64,000 bases of DNA, from positions 1 through 64,000 of the forward strand of contig JAEOTS010000045.1 in the NCBI GenBank assembly GCA_016839745.1. Reading direction: 5' to 3'. The DNA is from Promethearchaeota archaeon (GTDB lineage Archaea > Asgardarchaeota > Lokiarchaeia > Sigyniarchaeales > SOKP01). The stretch's first letter is position 1. Every line of letters begins with the position of its first letter. Positions 1-10,628 of this stretch are shown in pieces. Below the pieces are notes generated by a model. That model searched no databases. It was not told where the DNA came from and saw only the letters and a program-made list of their open reading frames with translations. A program made the translations under genes and the position numbers.

Positions 1-2789
1 AACCTAATCGACACCGTTCCGCTTCCTTTTTTGTTCCATTCTGTTTGATCAATATCCCCAGTAAAGCTAAATATAGGGATATTAGTTAACCCATTATCCA
101 ATGTATACCACATTGAATCTAAATTAGGTTCAGTTATAGAAATATCATAACTAGGAGCATTATATCCAAATATAGCATCATCAATCGGCGTATTGACTTG
201 AATAGTGGGATCAGTTATATCCTTTTCTACTGCTATTTCAGCATATCCGTTATTTCCCAATGTGTCATTTGCATAAAATCTAATAATTATCATACCACTC
301 CCTTTTTTGTTCCATTCTGTCTGGCTAATACCTCCTGTAAATCCGGAAGCTGTAACATTGTTTATGCCATCATCGAGAGTGTACCACATTGAATCAAAAT
401 CGGGCTCAATAACAGATACGTTGAAGAAAGGGGCTGTAAATCCGAAAACCTCGTTCTCTAACGGAGCATTTATTATAACAATTGGATCGCTAATTTCTTT
501 CCTTACGGTTATATCCGCATAAGCAGCGTTCCCTGCTCTATCTAATACGTAGAATCTGATATCAGCTGTTCCATTTCCTATTTTATTCCACTCTGATTGG
601 TTTATAGTCCCATTGAAAAGCATATGAGTAATGTTTGTTACACCATAATCCAAAGTGTACCACATCAAATCAATATTAGATTCTACAATCGTGAGATTAT
701 ATTTAGGAGCAGTTTTGCCAAACAATTCATTTTCGAGAGGTGAATGTATAGTTATGAGGGGTGTTAATGTATCTTTTTTGAGTGTGACGTCAGAATAACT
801 TGAATTTCCCAGCGTGTCATTAACGTAAAATCGAAGATTTATATCGCCTTCTCCTTTTTTATCCCATTCCGTTTGATCTATAGTTCCAGTCTGCCCTGAA
901 AACGTAATATTGGTAAACCCATTATCAATAGTGTACCACGTAGTATTTATTGAAGCGCCAGATATAGATATTTGAAAATCTGGCGCAACACTATTAAAAC
1001 ATTCGTTCGCTGTAGGAGAAATTATAGTAATTCCCGGAATTGATATTGTCCCATAAGTAAAATATCTTAAATTAGATTCATACATCGTTCCTATTGAATC
1101 GTTTCCAAATACTTGGATTGTATGTGTTCCATTAACAGGTACAGGAATCGTGTAATTCCCCGATATAGTTACGTTATTTTGTCCGTCTAATGAATAACCA
1201 ATCCAATTTAAGATCTCTTCGGTTTCATAGCCTATTAGTAAACCTTCATCGAGGTTATCGCCTATATTATAATTTGGATCCCAACTAAAACCAAACGCGT
1301 CCCATTTAGTTGTCCCCCTGTAATCGCTTACGTGAGTCCCTAAATAGATTTCATCAATTGTGTTTAAATCGTTTTCAAACTCGTGGTTGTCTACTCGCCC
1401 TATTTCAGTTCCTTGTTCATCGCTTACGATCCATGTGAACTGCCCTTTTACCCCTGCTTCACAATCAAAAGAAATCGAATGATGATACCACACATCTGGG
1501 GTTGTGTAAGCAAGATCTTGCCAAGAAGATCCGTCATAATATTGTAATTTTTCATTGCTTAGGATAACCATCATACGAAATGCATTTGTGTTATCCGTAG
1601 CTCTAAAATTCATGTAATGTCTTTTGGTTGGCGAACCCACGGTAGTGGGGTTATTTGCCCAAAGGTAAAATTCAATTGTTCCCGAGGATTGAGGATTATC
1701 AATATGATGAACTCCCCAAGTATTCGTTCCGCCTTGAGAATCTCTCATATTCAAATGTTTTGCGTGACCTGCCTCTGGACCATCATATACCTGCATATCG
1801 GTATATGAGCCGGGTGAATGTCCGTAATATTCATCTAAAAATGTTAAGCTTGTACCCTTGGTTCCATGTGGTTCGTTCTCAAATCCGTAGGTCGCAGGAT
1901 AATATCCGCTCATCGGTTCTATATAAGTTTTGTTTTCGGGTGTGATGATGTTAATATCAGAATCTCCAATTGAAGCTACACCTTCGCTACATATAAGGTC
2001 ATCAATATACCCGGTGATTCCTTGATGCGCACTTGTAATTCTAACATGTGTAATTTCTGTTGGATCGTTAGTAATTGAGGATTCCCCTCGATAAATATCA
2101 TCCAAGTATACTTTCACGGACCAACCTGTTATATTCACCACCATTTTTAAGTCATACCATGTAAAAGGTGTATAGTTTCCTAAAAATACGTAAGGAGATA
2201 CGCTTGCTAAATAAATTCCTCCATCATTACTCAACACTAAAGATGCGTAATTTCTCCCCCATGTAGCAGCAGTCGGATTCGCAAATGATAGTTTCATATT
2301 TGAATTATCCTTACCTCCCTCCACTATTCCCGTAGGTGTTTCACTCATCAATTTTGCTTCTAATGTTAAAATATCCGAAGTGTATTGTATTTGTTTATCA
2401 GCTACTGCTGACCATGAAGGGGTTCCTGTTAATGTGAATGATTGCGTTCCACTTGAAGCTTGCGTATCTGTAATTTTTTGATAGCTATCTCCAGCCCCAT
2501 TATAAGTAAGAGTATACCCCGTAGGAAATGTATTAACGGGATATGATTCGAAATCATCTTGAAATATAATATTTATACTACTTTCCCTAGGTGTGATGAT
2601 CTTCGAGGATTTATTTTTCGTATTAGCCCCATCAAAGTTCAATACTAATAACATATTTTGAACCAATAGTAAAGATACTACAATAAAAATAATTCCTAGA
2701 CTACTAATTTTTTTAAAATTCCAAGATTTTTTTTTCGTGAGAGTTGATTTCTCTCGAATTTCAAGTTTTAAAATGTTTCTTATTTTCAT
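1..2789 (-). CDS. Large secreted/surface protein (partial, runs off window start): N-terminal hydrophobic segment, two lectin/LamG-like beta-sandwich regions, at least 5 Ig-like repeats
   Basis: Missing from the ORF track because no stop lies in the window. Manual translation from ATG at 2789 (MKIRNILKLE...SSLGIIFIVVSLLLVQNMLLVL...FQDDFESY...YGFENE...) stays open to position 1. Repeated ~90-aa units P-x-I-x-I-x-[SAT]P...AP...WYTLDxG...TGxIxQxEW...RFYxND match those in neighbouring genes. Confidence 0.85.
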   Translation of the reverse strand, partial: MKIRNILKLEIREKSTLTKKKSWNFKKISSLGIIFIVVSLLLVQNMLLVLNFDGANTKNKSSKIITPRESSINIIFQDDFESYPVNTFPTGYTLTYNGAGDSYQKITDTQASSGTQSFTLTGTPSWSAVADKQIQYTSDILTLEAKLMSETPTGIVEGGKDNSNMKLSFANPTAATWGRNYASLVLSNDGGIYLASVSPYVFLGNYTPFTWYDLKMVVNITGWSVKVYLDDIYRGESSITNDPTEITHVRITSAHQGITGYIDDLICSEGVASIGDSDINIITPENKTYIEPMSGYYPATYGFENEPHGTKGTSLTFLDEYYGHSPGSYTDMQVYDGPEAGHAKHLNMRDSQGGTNTWGVHHIDNPQSSGTIEFYLWANNPTTVGSPTKRHYMNFRATDNTNAFRMMVILSNEKLQYYDGSSWQDLAYTTPDVWYHHSISFDCEAGVKGQFTWIVSDEQGTEIGRVDNHEFENDLNTIDEIYLGTHVSDYRGTTKWDAFGFSWDPNYNIGDNLDEGLLIGYETEEILNWIGYSLDGQNNVTISGNYTIPVPVNGTHTIQVFGNDSIGTMYESNLRYFTYGTISIPGITIISPTANECFNSVAPDFQISISGASINTTWYTIDNGFTNITFSGQTGTIDQTEWDKKGEGDINLRFYVNDTLGNSSYSDVTLKKDTLTPLITIHSPLENELFGKTAPKYNLTIVESNIDLMWYTLDYGVTNITHMLFNGTINQSEWNKIGNGTADIRFYVLDRAGNAAYADITVRKEISDPIVIINAPLENEVFGFTAPFFNVSVIEPDFDSMWYTLDDGINNVTASGFTGGISQTEWNKKGSGMIIIRFYANDTLGNNGYAEIAVEKDITDPTIQVNTPIDDAIFGYNAPSYDISITEPNLDSMWYTLDNGLTNIPIFSFTGDIDQTEWNKKGSGTVSIR

Positions 2790-2810
2790 TTTAATTCACA
2801 TTTGCGAATT

Positions 2811-2818
2811 TTTGTCTT
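2811..2818 (-). promoter_or_regulatory. Conserved leader motif AGACA(A/G)A upstream of Ig-domain surface-protein genes (other copies 5612-5619, 7713-7719, 16787-16794, 32555-32562)
   Basis: GACA core lies 23, 17, 23, 20 and 23 nt upstream of the five start codons. Confidence 0.5.
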
Positions 2819-2908
2819 AAATGAATTATAGTATAATTAGATAAAGTCGTATTTATAATTGACTCTCTTAATAAGCTATAATATGAAAAAAAGAAAAATG
2901 ATTTATAG

Positions 2909-5596
2909 TTAGGATTTCACTCGTTTTCTGATTATAAGAGCGGATATTACACTGAGAGCTCCTATAAGGATATAAAGATCGTAACCGGGAATACCTGGTG
3001 GTGTGGGAGGTGGCTCTTCCGAATTTTCTTTGATCACCATAACCTGTGCGCTTCCTTCCATCCCTGCAAAATTGTTCACAAAAAAAGTAATAGTTATTAA
3101 TCCGTCCGCTAACGCAGTCCAAGCTCCCTGGTTAATCGTTCCTGTTAATCCACTCACAGTATAATTTATACCGCCATCTAGAGTATACCATATAGAATCG
3201 TAGAATCCTGTGATGGAGATATCGTAACTCGGAGCCGTACTTCCTATTATTTGATTGGGAATAGGTGAATTTATTGTAATTTCAGGAGCCGGAATCGTCA
3301 TTAAAGGATATCTATCTTGATTTGGAAATGAACCTGAAACATCATATGGACTATCCCCTATTCCATCACCATTTAAATCAACTCCGGTATAATCATCCCA
3401 AAAATTACCTAATACTCCATTATCCCAGAAATTCGCATCAGTTTCATCAAATGCGTGTTCAGTATTATTTACAAAAATGTTTTTATGAATAAGATTTCCT
3501 TCGGACCAAGACATAAGATATATTCCATAATCTTGATTATCTTTGAATAAATTATTGTTAAATGTATTGTTAGTGTCCATTCCTAGTTTTACACCTGCAT
3601 GTGAGTTATTGATAAATTTATTCCCATTAAAATTATTGTTGTCACAATAACTAAGAAGCCAAATTCCTATTCCACACTCTTCAATCTCATTATTTTTTAT
3701 TGTATTATTGTCGCAGGCAGCTATACCAATTCCATATACCTCATCATTTATAGAAATATTAGATATCTCATTATTATCAGAATAGACCATCATTATAGGT
3801 AATCCAGTTTGTGAGAAGGTTAGATCTGAAATAATGGAATCATTACAATTTGCCAGAAGAATTTGACCTGCATCTACAAAATTTGTTGACGATAAATTTG
3901 TCTTGTTTGCATAATAATAAATAGGTCTATCATTAAGAGTATTAGATGTGTCAATTTTATACGAAATTGTTTCCTCCCGGACCCATCCAACAATAATTCC
4001 GCAATTTTGGAAAGTGTTATTATATAATTCATGAGCTTTTCCAAATAAATATACTCCTGCATTATTGTTTAAAAATTGATTATTATAATGAATAAAGTTA
4101 TAGGAAGTATTTCCATCTAGATAGACTCCAAAACCACATTCAGAGAGGATATTAAAGCAAATAGTATTAATTGAACCGTTATAAGCATGTATACCATAAT
4201 TAGATTCTGAGATTTTATTATTAGATAAGAGAAGATTATTACAATGATCTAATACGATCCCATCTGAATGGTGCCAGAGGATGTTATTGTATATTTTCCC
4301 ATTTGAGCAATTCTCTAGAAAGAGACCAACAGAATTACTAGAATTAAGCCTGCAACTTATTACTTCAAAATAAAAATGTGTATTAGTAATTCTAATACAG
4401 CGCTCTCCCCAACCCCCATCAATATCAATATATAAATTAGCTAGGACGTACGGATCTCCCTCAACACCAGTGCCACTACAAAATGCTCTTGTCGATATCC
4501 ATTGCCAACTATTATAACCGGTATTTAACTCACCATCTATGTATATCTTACTTCCATTATGAAAGGGATCTCCATATATCGGTAAAAAATCTTCTGTTCC
4601 AGCACTCCCTCCAATAAAACTGTATGTAATATCTCCAACTCCATCTAAATTAAGATCAGAACCAGTGTAATTTTCCCAATAATTGCCAATATTCGTACCG
4701 TTCCAATGATTCTGAACTCCGTTATCTGAAGCGTGCTGCGTATTGTTCATAAAATAATTTTTGTAAAATACATTTCGCTTACTATTAACATTTTCAATGC
4801 TGGCGCCGTAATAATTCATCATGAGAATATTCTGTGAAACTGAGTTGTTAAAAGAATGGTCTTGAACATTTATTCCAACCCCGAGACTATGGTTGCTAGC
4901 AATGTTGTTAGTAATTGTATTATGCGAGCTTTCTCCTATATTAATACCATAAACGCTGCAATATTGAACAGTATTATTTTTTACAGAGCTGTAATTTGAG
5001 TGAATTAAATTGATACCACCATAAGCACTGAGATTTATAAAATTCTCGGTAATTTGGATAAAATTGCTATACAAAACATTGATTCCATAAGCGTTTAAAT
5101 CCAAAAAATTGTTATCCTCGATGATAATATAAGTGCAATCATCTAATATTATTCCATTAGGGCTATTAGTATTATTATTACCTAATATTTTTCCATTTGA
5201 GGCGTTAATTAAACGGATTCCACTATTTGGCCCTCCAATACTTGAGTTTTTAAAATTACAGTTTTGTATCTTGAAATGAACATTAGAATTTTGAATTGTT
5301 AAACAAGTTGATAATTTTTGTCCATCAATAGTCACATTTTCTATAATATAGGGATTGTTTAAAGTACCAGATCCAGAACACCAATCTTCCAAGACAGCTT
5401 GAGCCCATGTATAATCGCCACTACCAGTATCATCAATAACAATGGGAGAAAGATTCCAATCTCCTGCTTGTTTAACCATACCTTCTTCATTTGTCATATC
5501 GATTATGTTATTATGACCTGGGAAAAGTAATATGCTCGTTAGTATTAGTGTTATAAGAATAAATTTTGTCACAAATTTTTGTCTCATAGATTTCAT
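2909..5596 (-). CDS. Right-handed beta-helix (NosD/CASH-like) surface protein with Ig-like domain and IPGY-TM-basic anchor
   Basis: Signal-like N-terminus; WCSGSGTLNNPYIIEN cap; GIxLxxxxNNxIxxN repeats; GNYWxxYTGxDxNxDGxGD motifs; C-terminal PPGIPGYDLYILIGALSVISALIIRKRVKS. Confidence 0.85.
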   Translation of the reverse strand: MKSMRQKFVTKFILITLILTSILLFPGHNNIIDMTNEEGMVKQAGDWNLSPIVIDDTGSGDYTWAQAVLEDWCSGSGTLNNPYIIENVTIDGQKLSTCLTIQNSNVHFKIQNCNFKNSSIGGPNSGIRLINASNGKILGNNNTNSPNGIILDDCTYIIIEDNNFLDLNAYGINVLYSNFIQITENFINLSAYGGINLIHSNYSSVKNNTVQYCSVYGINIGESSHNTITNNIASNHSLGVGINVQDHSFNNSVSQNILMMNYYGASIENVNSKRNVFYKNYFMNNTQHASDNGVQNHWNGTNIGNYWENYTGSDLNLDGVGDITYSFIGGSAGTEDFLPIYGDPFHNGSKIYIDGELNTGYNSWQWISTRAFCSGTGVEGDPYVLANLYIDIDGGWGERCIRITNTHFYFEVISCRLNSSNSVGLFLENCSNGKIYNNILWHHSDGIVLDHCNNLLLSNNKISESNYGIHAYNGSINTICFNILSECGFGVYLDGNTSYNFIHYNNQFLNNNAGVYLFGKAHELYNNTFQNCGIIVGWVREETISYKIDTSNTLNDRPIYYYANKTNLSSTNFVDAGQILLANCNDSIISDLTFSQTGLPIMMVYSDNNEISNISINDEVYGIGIAACDNNTIKNNEIEECGIGIWLLSYCDNNNFNGNKFINNSHAGVKLGMDTNNTFNNNLFKDNQDYGIYLMSWSEGNLIHKNIFVNNTEHAFDETDANFWDNGVLGNFWDDYTGVDLNGDGIGDSPYDVSGSFPNQDRYPLMTIPAPEITINSPIPNQIIGSTAPSYDISITGFYDSIWYTLDGGINYTVSGLTGTINQGAWTALADGLITITFFVNNFAGMEGSAQVMVIKENSEEPPPTPPGIPGYDLYILIGALSVISALIIRKRVKS

Positions 5597-5747
5597 AATT
5601 TCTTTCCTTTATTTGTCTTTTATAAAAATTATCTTTGTTCTTTTTTAATGTTTTTTTTTTTTAGGATAAAAGAAAACTAAGAATATGCGACCAAGTAGGT
5701 TAAGATTCTATTTATAGTTAATTTATAAAAAAAGAAATGAATATTTG

Positions 5748-7691
5748 TTAGGATTTCAAGCGTTTTCTGATAATTAAAATAGATACTACACTGAGAGCTC
5801 CCAATAAAAGATAAAGATCGTAACCGGGTATACCGGGAGGAAATGGTTCTGAGGTTGTTCTTTTTGTAATCGTTACTGAGCTCTGTCCCACATTTCCAGC
5901 CTCGTCTTTCGCATAGAATCGCAAAGTCACATGTCCATCTGAAAGACTATTCCAAGCACTTTGGCTTATCGCTCCGGTTAGTTCCGAAATAGAGTGATTG
6001 GTTTGACCGTCATCTAACGAATACCAGTAGGAATCTAAGGAAGTTTCGTCTATTGTAATGCTATAAAGTGGAGATATATCGACAAATACTTCTCCGAATT
6101 CGGGTTCAATGATGGTGACTATTGGGACAATTAAATCTAAAATATCTTTTCGAACCGTAACCTCAGCTTGTCCTACATTTCCCAAGGAATTATTCGCATA
6201 GAATGTTATAGTCACTGTCCCATTTCCTTGTTTGTCCCATTCACTTTGGTCTATTGTTCCTATTGTTTCATTGGAATAAATATTGGTAGATCCTCCATCG
6301 AGGGAGTACCATGTAAAATTATAATCAGGTTTATCGATATTTATGTTAAAATCAGGAGCTATAGTACTATAGAGACCATAAGGATTGGGAGAAATAATAC
6401 TAATTTCTGGAACTTGTGTATTCTTATATTTTATTATTAAAGCATCATATCCTCCAACGCTGTCTGTGTCTGTATATCCAACGATATAAATATTCGATTG
6501 GGAATCCATACAAATTCCTGGAGTTGCATCAAAACCACTACCCATCCAAATTTTATTCCAGTTTTGATTACCTGAGGTATCGTAGTTTAGTAATAATGCA
6601 TCATAGTTATTAGGAATGCCGTATGTTTTTGTACACCCAGAAATATAGAGATCATCATTATCATCTATGATTATTCTATAAAAATAATTACCATATTGTC
6701 CATTGACACCCCATATTCTTTCCCATTGATAATTGCCATTTGAATCATATTTAAGAAGATAACCTTTACCACTTGATGCGGGATGTCCAAAAGTGTGTCC
6801 AGTAATGTAAATATTATCATTTGAATCAATTGCTAAGCTACTTCCTCTTTGACTATATGATATTCCCCAATTTCGCTCCCATTCAAAATCTCCTGAGCTA
6901 TTATACTTTAAAAGAAAAACATCAGATTCTCCAGGGGAGGGATCTAAACTTTCAGAATGACCAACCACATAAATATAATTATTCGAATCAATATCTACTT
7001 TATTTGCAATATCTTGTTCACTTCCGCCCCATGTAACATTCCATTGCTCCTCAAAAATATTATTAAATTTTATCAACAATGCATCCCCATCTACATCTCC
7101 AAAACTACCGGTCATACCTGCGATATAAAAGTTACCAAATGAATCTTCATTGATATATCTCCCCATGTCAGATTGAGAGCCACCCCATGTTTTATTCCAA
7201 ATTTCATTCCCCATAGTATCAAATTTTATAATTACTACATCGCCATTAGTATCACCTTGACTTTTGGTATGTCCAACAACATAGATATTATCTGAGTCAT
7301 CAATATATATATCCTCACCTTTATCATCATTGCCTCCCCCCCAAGTTTTAACCCATTCTTCTTGTCCATTAATATCATATTTTGAAATTATTATGTCACA
7401 ATTATCTGAGCCAGTAATATCTGTGTATCCGACTAAATAGACATTATTTTGTGAATCTGCTGCTACTTCCCTACCAGTATCGTCATAAATCCCTCCCCAT
7501 GTTGAATTCCAACTATACTCAAAATCATCTACAGAACTACTGCTTTCAAGAAAATTATATTTGACATCGTCAGCATAATAATTGGATTTTTCAAGATTCA
7601 GCAGGAATAACGATAAATTTGCAAAGACCATAAGTAATGCAATAATTACAATTTCGATTTTCATCTTAAAAATAACGCTCTGTTTTTTCAT
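5748..7691 (-). CDS. Beta-propeller (SBBP-like) surface protein with two Ig-like domains and IPGY anchor
   Basis: About seven W-x2-[TN]WGG-x3-D...DxxxNIYxxG repeats; two Ig-like units; tail PPGIPGYDLYLLLGALSVVSILIIRKRLKS. Confidence 0.85.
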   Translation of the reverse strand: MKKQSVIFKMKIEIVIIALLMVFANLSLFLLNLEKSNYYADDVKYNFLESSSSVDDFEYSWNSTWGGIYDDTGREVAADSQNNVYLVGYTDITGSDNCDIIISKYDINGQEEWVKTWGGGNDDKGEDIYIDDSDNIYVVGHTKSQGDTNGDVVIIKFDTMGNEIWNKTWGGSQSDMGRYINEDSFGNFYIAGMTGSFGDVDGDALLIKFNNIFEEQWNVTWGGSEQDIANKVDIDSNNYIYVVGHSESLDPSPGESDVFLLKYNSSGDFEWERNWGISYSQRGSSLAIDSNDNIYITGHTFGHPASSGKGYLLKYDSNGNYQWERIWGVNGQYGNYFYRIIIDDNDDLYISGCTKTYGIPNNYDALLLNYDTSGNQNWNKIWMGSGFDATPGICMDSQSNIYIVGYTDTDSVGGYDALIIKYKNTQVPEISIISPNPYGLYSTIAPDFNINIDKPDYNFTWYSLDGGSTNIYSNETIGTIDQSEWDKQGNGTVTITFYANNSLGNVGQAEVTVRKDILDLIVPIVTIIEPEFGEVFVDISPLYSITIDETSLDSYWYSLDDGQTNHSISELTGAISQSAWNSLSDGHVTLRFYAKDEAGNVGQSSVTITKRTTSEPFPPGIPGYDLYLLLGALSVVSILIIRKRLKS

Positions 7692-7834
7692 TATCTTTCA
7701 CTTCTCAAAATTTCTGTCTAAAATGAATTAAGTTATATTTAGATAACCTAATATTTAACTTTATTTCTCGGAGTGTAATTGGTGAAGAAGTTGTATTCAA
7801 AAAAGAGGAAAAGGATTGAGATTTGTATACAAAT

Positions 7835-9145
7835 CTATTTTAATTTATAGAAAGACTCTTCAAATTCAGATTTACCTTTGTATTTTTGTAAAAAGATGAC
7901 TCCCCCCATATCTGTACCCCCTCCTTGAAACATAAGAGGATTAACCTTTATTCCACATATTTCAAATGCATCTTTTATATCCTCCATTGAAGGTGGGCAA
8001 CCTCTAATCGGTACTAATTCCTTTATATTAGGATGATCTTTATTTTTGTTATATTGACATTGACCAACGAGGATTGTTTTATTCATGCCGGACGAGGGTT
8101 CCATTATTTTACCCGTTAGAAATTCGATACCACCAAATGTTTCCCCATTCCATGCATTTTTCAGTAATACTAATAATAAACCATTAATCGCACTGCAGTA
8201 GGTACACATTGTAGTATCATATCGTTTGTATTTTAATCCTTTAAATTGTCGTCTATAAAATGGGAGTGGTAAATCACCAGCTTCATTATAAATGAACTCC
8301 CAATCGTGATGGGAAGCTACAGCTTCAATTTTTTCGCCAACAATCTCAATATCGGATAAACTAGTCGATCTATCTCTATCTTTAGCGGCTTGTACTAAGT
8401 GTGGTACATCTGAAGGTTCTATCCCTAACGCCTTCGCACCTACTATATCAGCCGATAAAATATCTTTGGATGCGATTAATAGATTTGTTCTGTGAGCTTT
8501 TCCATCCATTGAGGGGCCACGTTCCAGCGTATAAATTCCATCAATAAGTGTTAAAACCGGGGGAATATTATTTGGAAGCTTAGCAACATTGAAATGGAGG
8601 GTTTTTATTGGATCAGCACTATGAAATTTCTTTCGAGATGCTATATTGATAAATCCTTTAAGGTTTTTCATCCCCAAACTTACTACTGCTTGACTATGAG
8701 TTTTTAAAACGGGCAGACTAATAATATAATCGGCTTTTAGGGCATCAGAGGCAAAATTAACAAGAAATTCGCACCCCATATCTATTTTCTCATGCGGTCT
8801 ATCACCGGTATTAATTAGTTTTACACCAAATCGTTCCTTAAGATCGTTATACCCTAATTTTTTGAAAGCATCCTGAGCAGCTTCATTACTTCCAAACCCC
8901 TCACCAATTGTTATGTCATCAATTCCTTTTTCTTTTAAAAGGGTCACAACATCTTCCATAACCCGGGATGTAGTAATGACGCCCCATTTAGGATGAGGGC
9001 CACTGCTCCAGTAAACAATATTCGGTTTAATGAATATTTTTACTTCTTTAGGTAAATCATCAAATAATTTGGTTAACTCAACAACCTTACGGACGGATTC
9101 CAGAGGTTTTTCATATTTTACGACGGATACGATTGATTTACTCAT
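7835..9145 (-). CDS. DUF362 domain protein with C-terminal Fe-S motif (paralogue 1)
   Basis: IKPN, IGEG, PVLKTH, SLGMKNLKG, IDGIY motifs; C-terminal CTYCS...GQCQ...GCPP. Confidence 0.8.
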   Translation of the reverse strand: MSKSIVSVVKYEKPLESVRKVVELTKLFDDLPKEVKIFIKPNIVYWSSGPHPKWGVITTSRVMEDVVTLLKEKGIDDITIGEGFGSNEAAQDAFKKLGYNDLKERFGVKLINTGDRPHEKIDMGCEFLVNFASDALKADYIISLPVLKTHSQAVVSLGMKNLKGFINIASRKKFHSADPIKTLHFNVAKLPNNIPPVLTLIDGIYTLERGPSMDGKAHRTNLLIASKDILSADIVGAKALGIEPSDVPHLVQAAKDRDRSTSLSDIEIVGEKIEAVASHHDWEFIYNEAGDLPLPFYRRQFKGLKYKRYDTTMCTYCSAINGLLLVLLKNAWNGETFGGIEFLTGKIMEPSSGMNKTILVGQCQYNKNKDHPNIKELVPIRGCPPSMEDIKDAFEICGIKVNPLMFQGGGTDMGGVIFLQKYKGKSEFEESFYKLK

Positions 9146-9204
9146 TATTAGTATCTACTCCTTTTTTTTATTTAAGAATTATTAATTTTGTATACAATAC
9201 TATT

Positions 9205-10527
9205 TTAATTTATTTGATAAAATTGTTCTTCAAATTCAGGCTTACCCTGATACTTTTGCATGAAGATTAACGGAGCCTTTTGGAGGTTTTTGAAGATATA
9301 AGATGGTACTTTAATTCCTGCTAGCTTTAAAGCGTTTTGCACGCTTTCAGCTTCAGGTGGGCACCCATCAATTGCGATAAGTTCGTTGATATTTGGATGG
9401 TCCTTATGCTTATTGTATTGGCACTGTCCAAGCAATATTGTTTTATTTTTTCCCTCAGACGGTTCCATGATTTTTCCGGTAAGTATTTCTACATTATCAA
9501 AATCCTCACCCTTCCACGCAGCTCTAATTGCTGTTAGTAATACTCCATTATAAAAACTGCAATAAGTACACATCGTTTCATCGTATTTAGGATAAGAAAT
9601 TCCCCCAATACCTGCTCTAGCGTAAGAGAGAGGTAGTGTATTATTATTTTTGTAGATAAAATCCCATCCATGGGGAACAGCAAGATCATCTATACTTTCT
9701 CCTTTAACTTCAATATCTGATAAGTCAATTGGGCGATTTCTATCTTTCGCCACTTGAACTAAATGAGGGACAGCAACAGGATCAATACCCAGCAAACTTG
9801 AGCCAACCAAATCTGCTGATAACATATTAGTCGATGCTAGTACTATATCGCTTCTATGGGCTTTACCGTCAAAAGTTGGACCTCTCTCAAGCGTGTAGAT
9901 TCCATCGATGATTGTTAGGCCAGGAGGTGCTTTGTTTGCTAATTGCGATATGTTATAATTAAGGTTATATTTAGGATCTTCTCCATGAAACTTTTTCCGT
10001 GAGGGTATGTTAATTAAGCCTTTTAGATTTTTTAATCCTAAGCTAACAACACATTGTGCATGAGTTTTTAAGACGGGGACATCAATTAAGAAATCTGCTT
10101 GAAGCATATCTGCATTCATTTTTGCCGACACTCCTTCAGCTAACTCAACTTTTTCGAATGGTCTTTGGAATATGTCGTATACTTTAACTCCGTATCTTTC
10201 TTTTAATATATTATAACCAAGCTTTTCGAAAGCGTCTTCGGCTGTTTCTCTATCTTTTGGATTTTCTGTGACTATCCCTTCTCCGATAATAATGTCTTTG
10301 ACGCCATGCTCTTTGAGTAATTTTAAAATTTCTTCCATAAGACTCGAAGTTGTTAACATACCCCATTTAGGAAAGTCACAATGCCTATTCCAATAAACTA
10401 AATTTGGTTTTATGAAAACTTGTGCGTTAGGGTTAAGTTTTTCAAAACCATTCGCCATTTCGACAGCTTTTCGAACAGAATCATTTTCTTTTTCGTATTT
10501 TACAATTGATACAATCGATTTACTCAT
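9205..10527 (-). CDS. DUF362 domain protein with C-terminal Fe-S motif (paralogue 2)
   Basis: Same motifs and MSKSIVS start as 7835..9145; tandem paralogue. Confidence 0.8.
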   Translation of the reverse strand: MSKSIVSIVKYEKENDSVRKAVEMANGFEKLNPNAQVFIKPNLVYWNRHCDFPKWGMLTTSSLMEEILKLLKEHGVKDIIIGEGIVTENPKDRETAEDAFEKLGYNILKERYGVKVYDIFQRPFEKVELAEGVSAKMNADMLQADFLIDVPVLKTHAQCVVSLGLKNLKGLINIPSRKKFHGEDPKYNLNYNISQLANKAPPGLTIIDGIYTLERGPTFDGKAHRSDIVLASTNMLSADLVGSSLLGIDPVAVPHLVQVAKDRNRPIDLSDIEVKGESIDDLAVPHGWDFIYKNNNTLPLSYARAGIGGISYPKYDETMCTYCSFYNGVLLTAIRAAWKGEDFDNVEILTGKIMEPSEGKNKTILLGQCQYNKHKDHPNINELIAIDGCPPEAESVQNALKLAGIKVPSYIFKNLQKAPLIFMQKYQGKPEFEEQFYQIN

Positions 10528-10628
10528 TTATTTTGCACTTTTTCTTTTATTAAAAATTACGAGTGAATTGAATATTAACTATTTTAAAAATTAAATTGTT
10601 TTTGAAATAAGTCTTAAATCTACTTGGT

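Noticed and set aside
198-1945. Short plus-strand ORFs in the track (and similar 60-100 aa ORFs overlapping long genes elsewhere)
   Set aside because: They lie opposite or within long, motif-bearing CDSs, here the unlisted 1..2789 gene.
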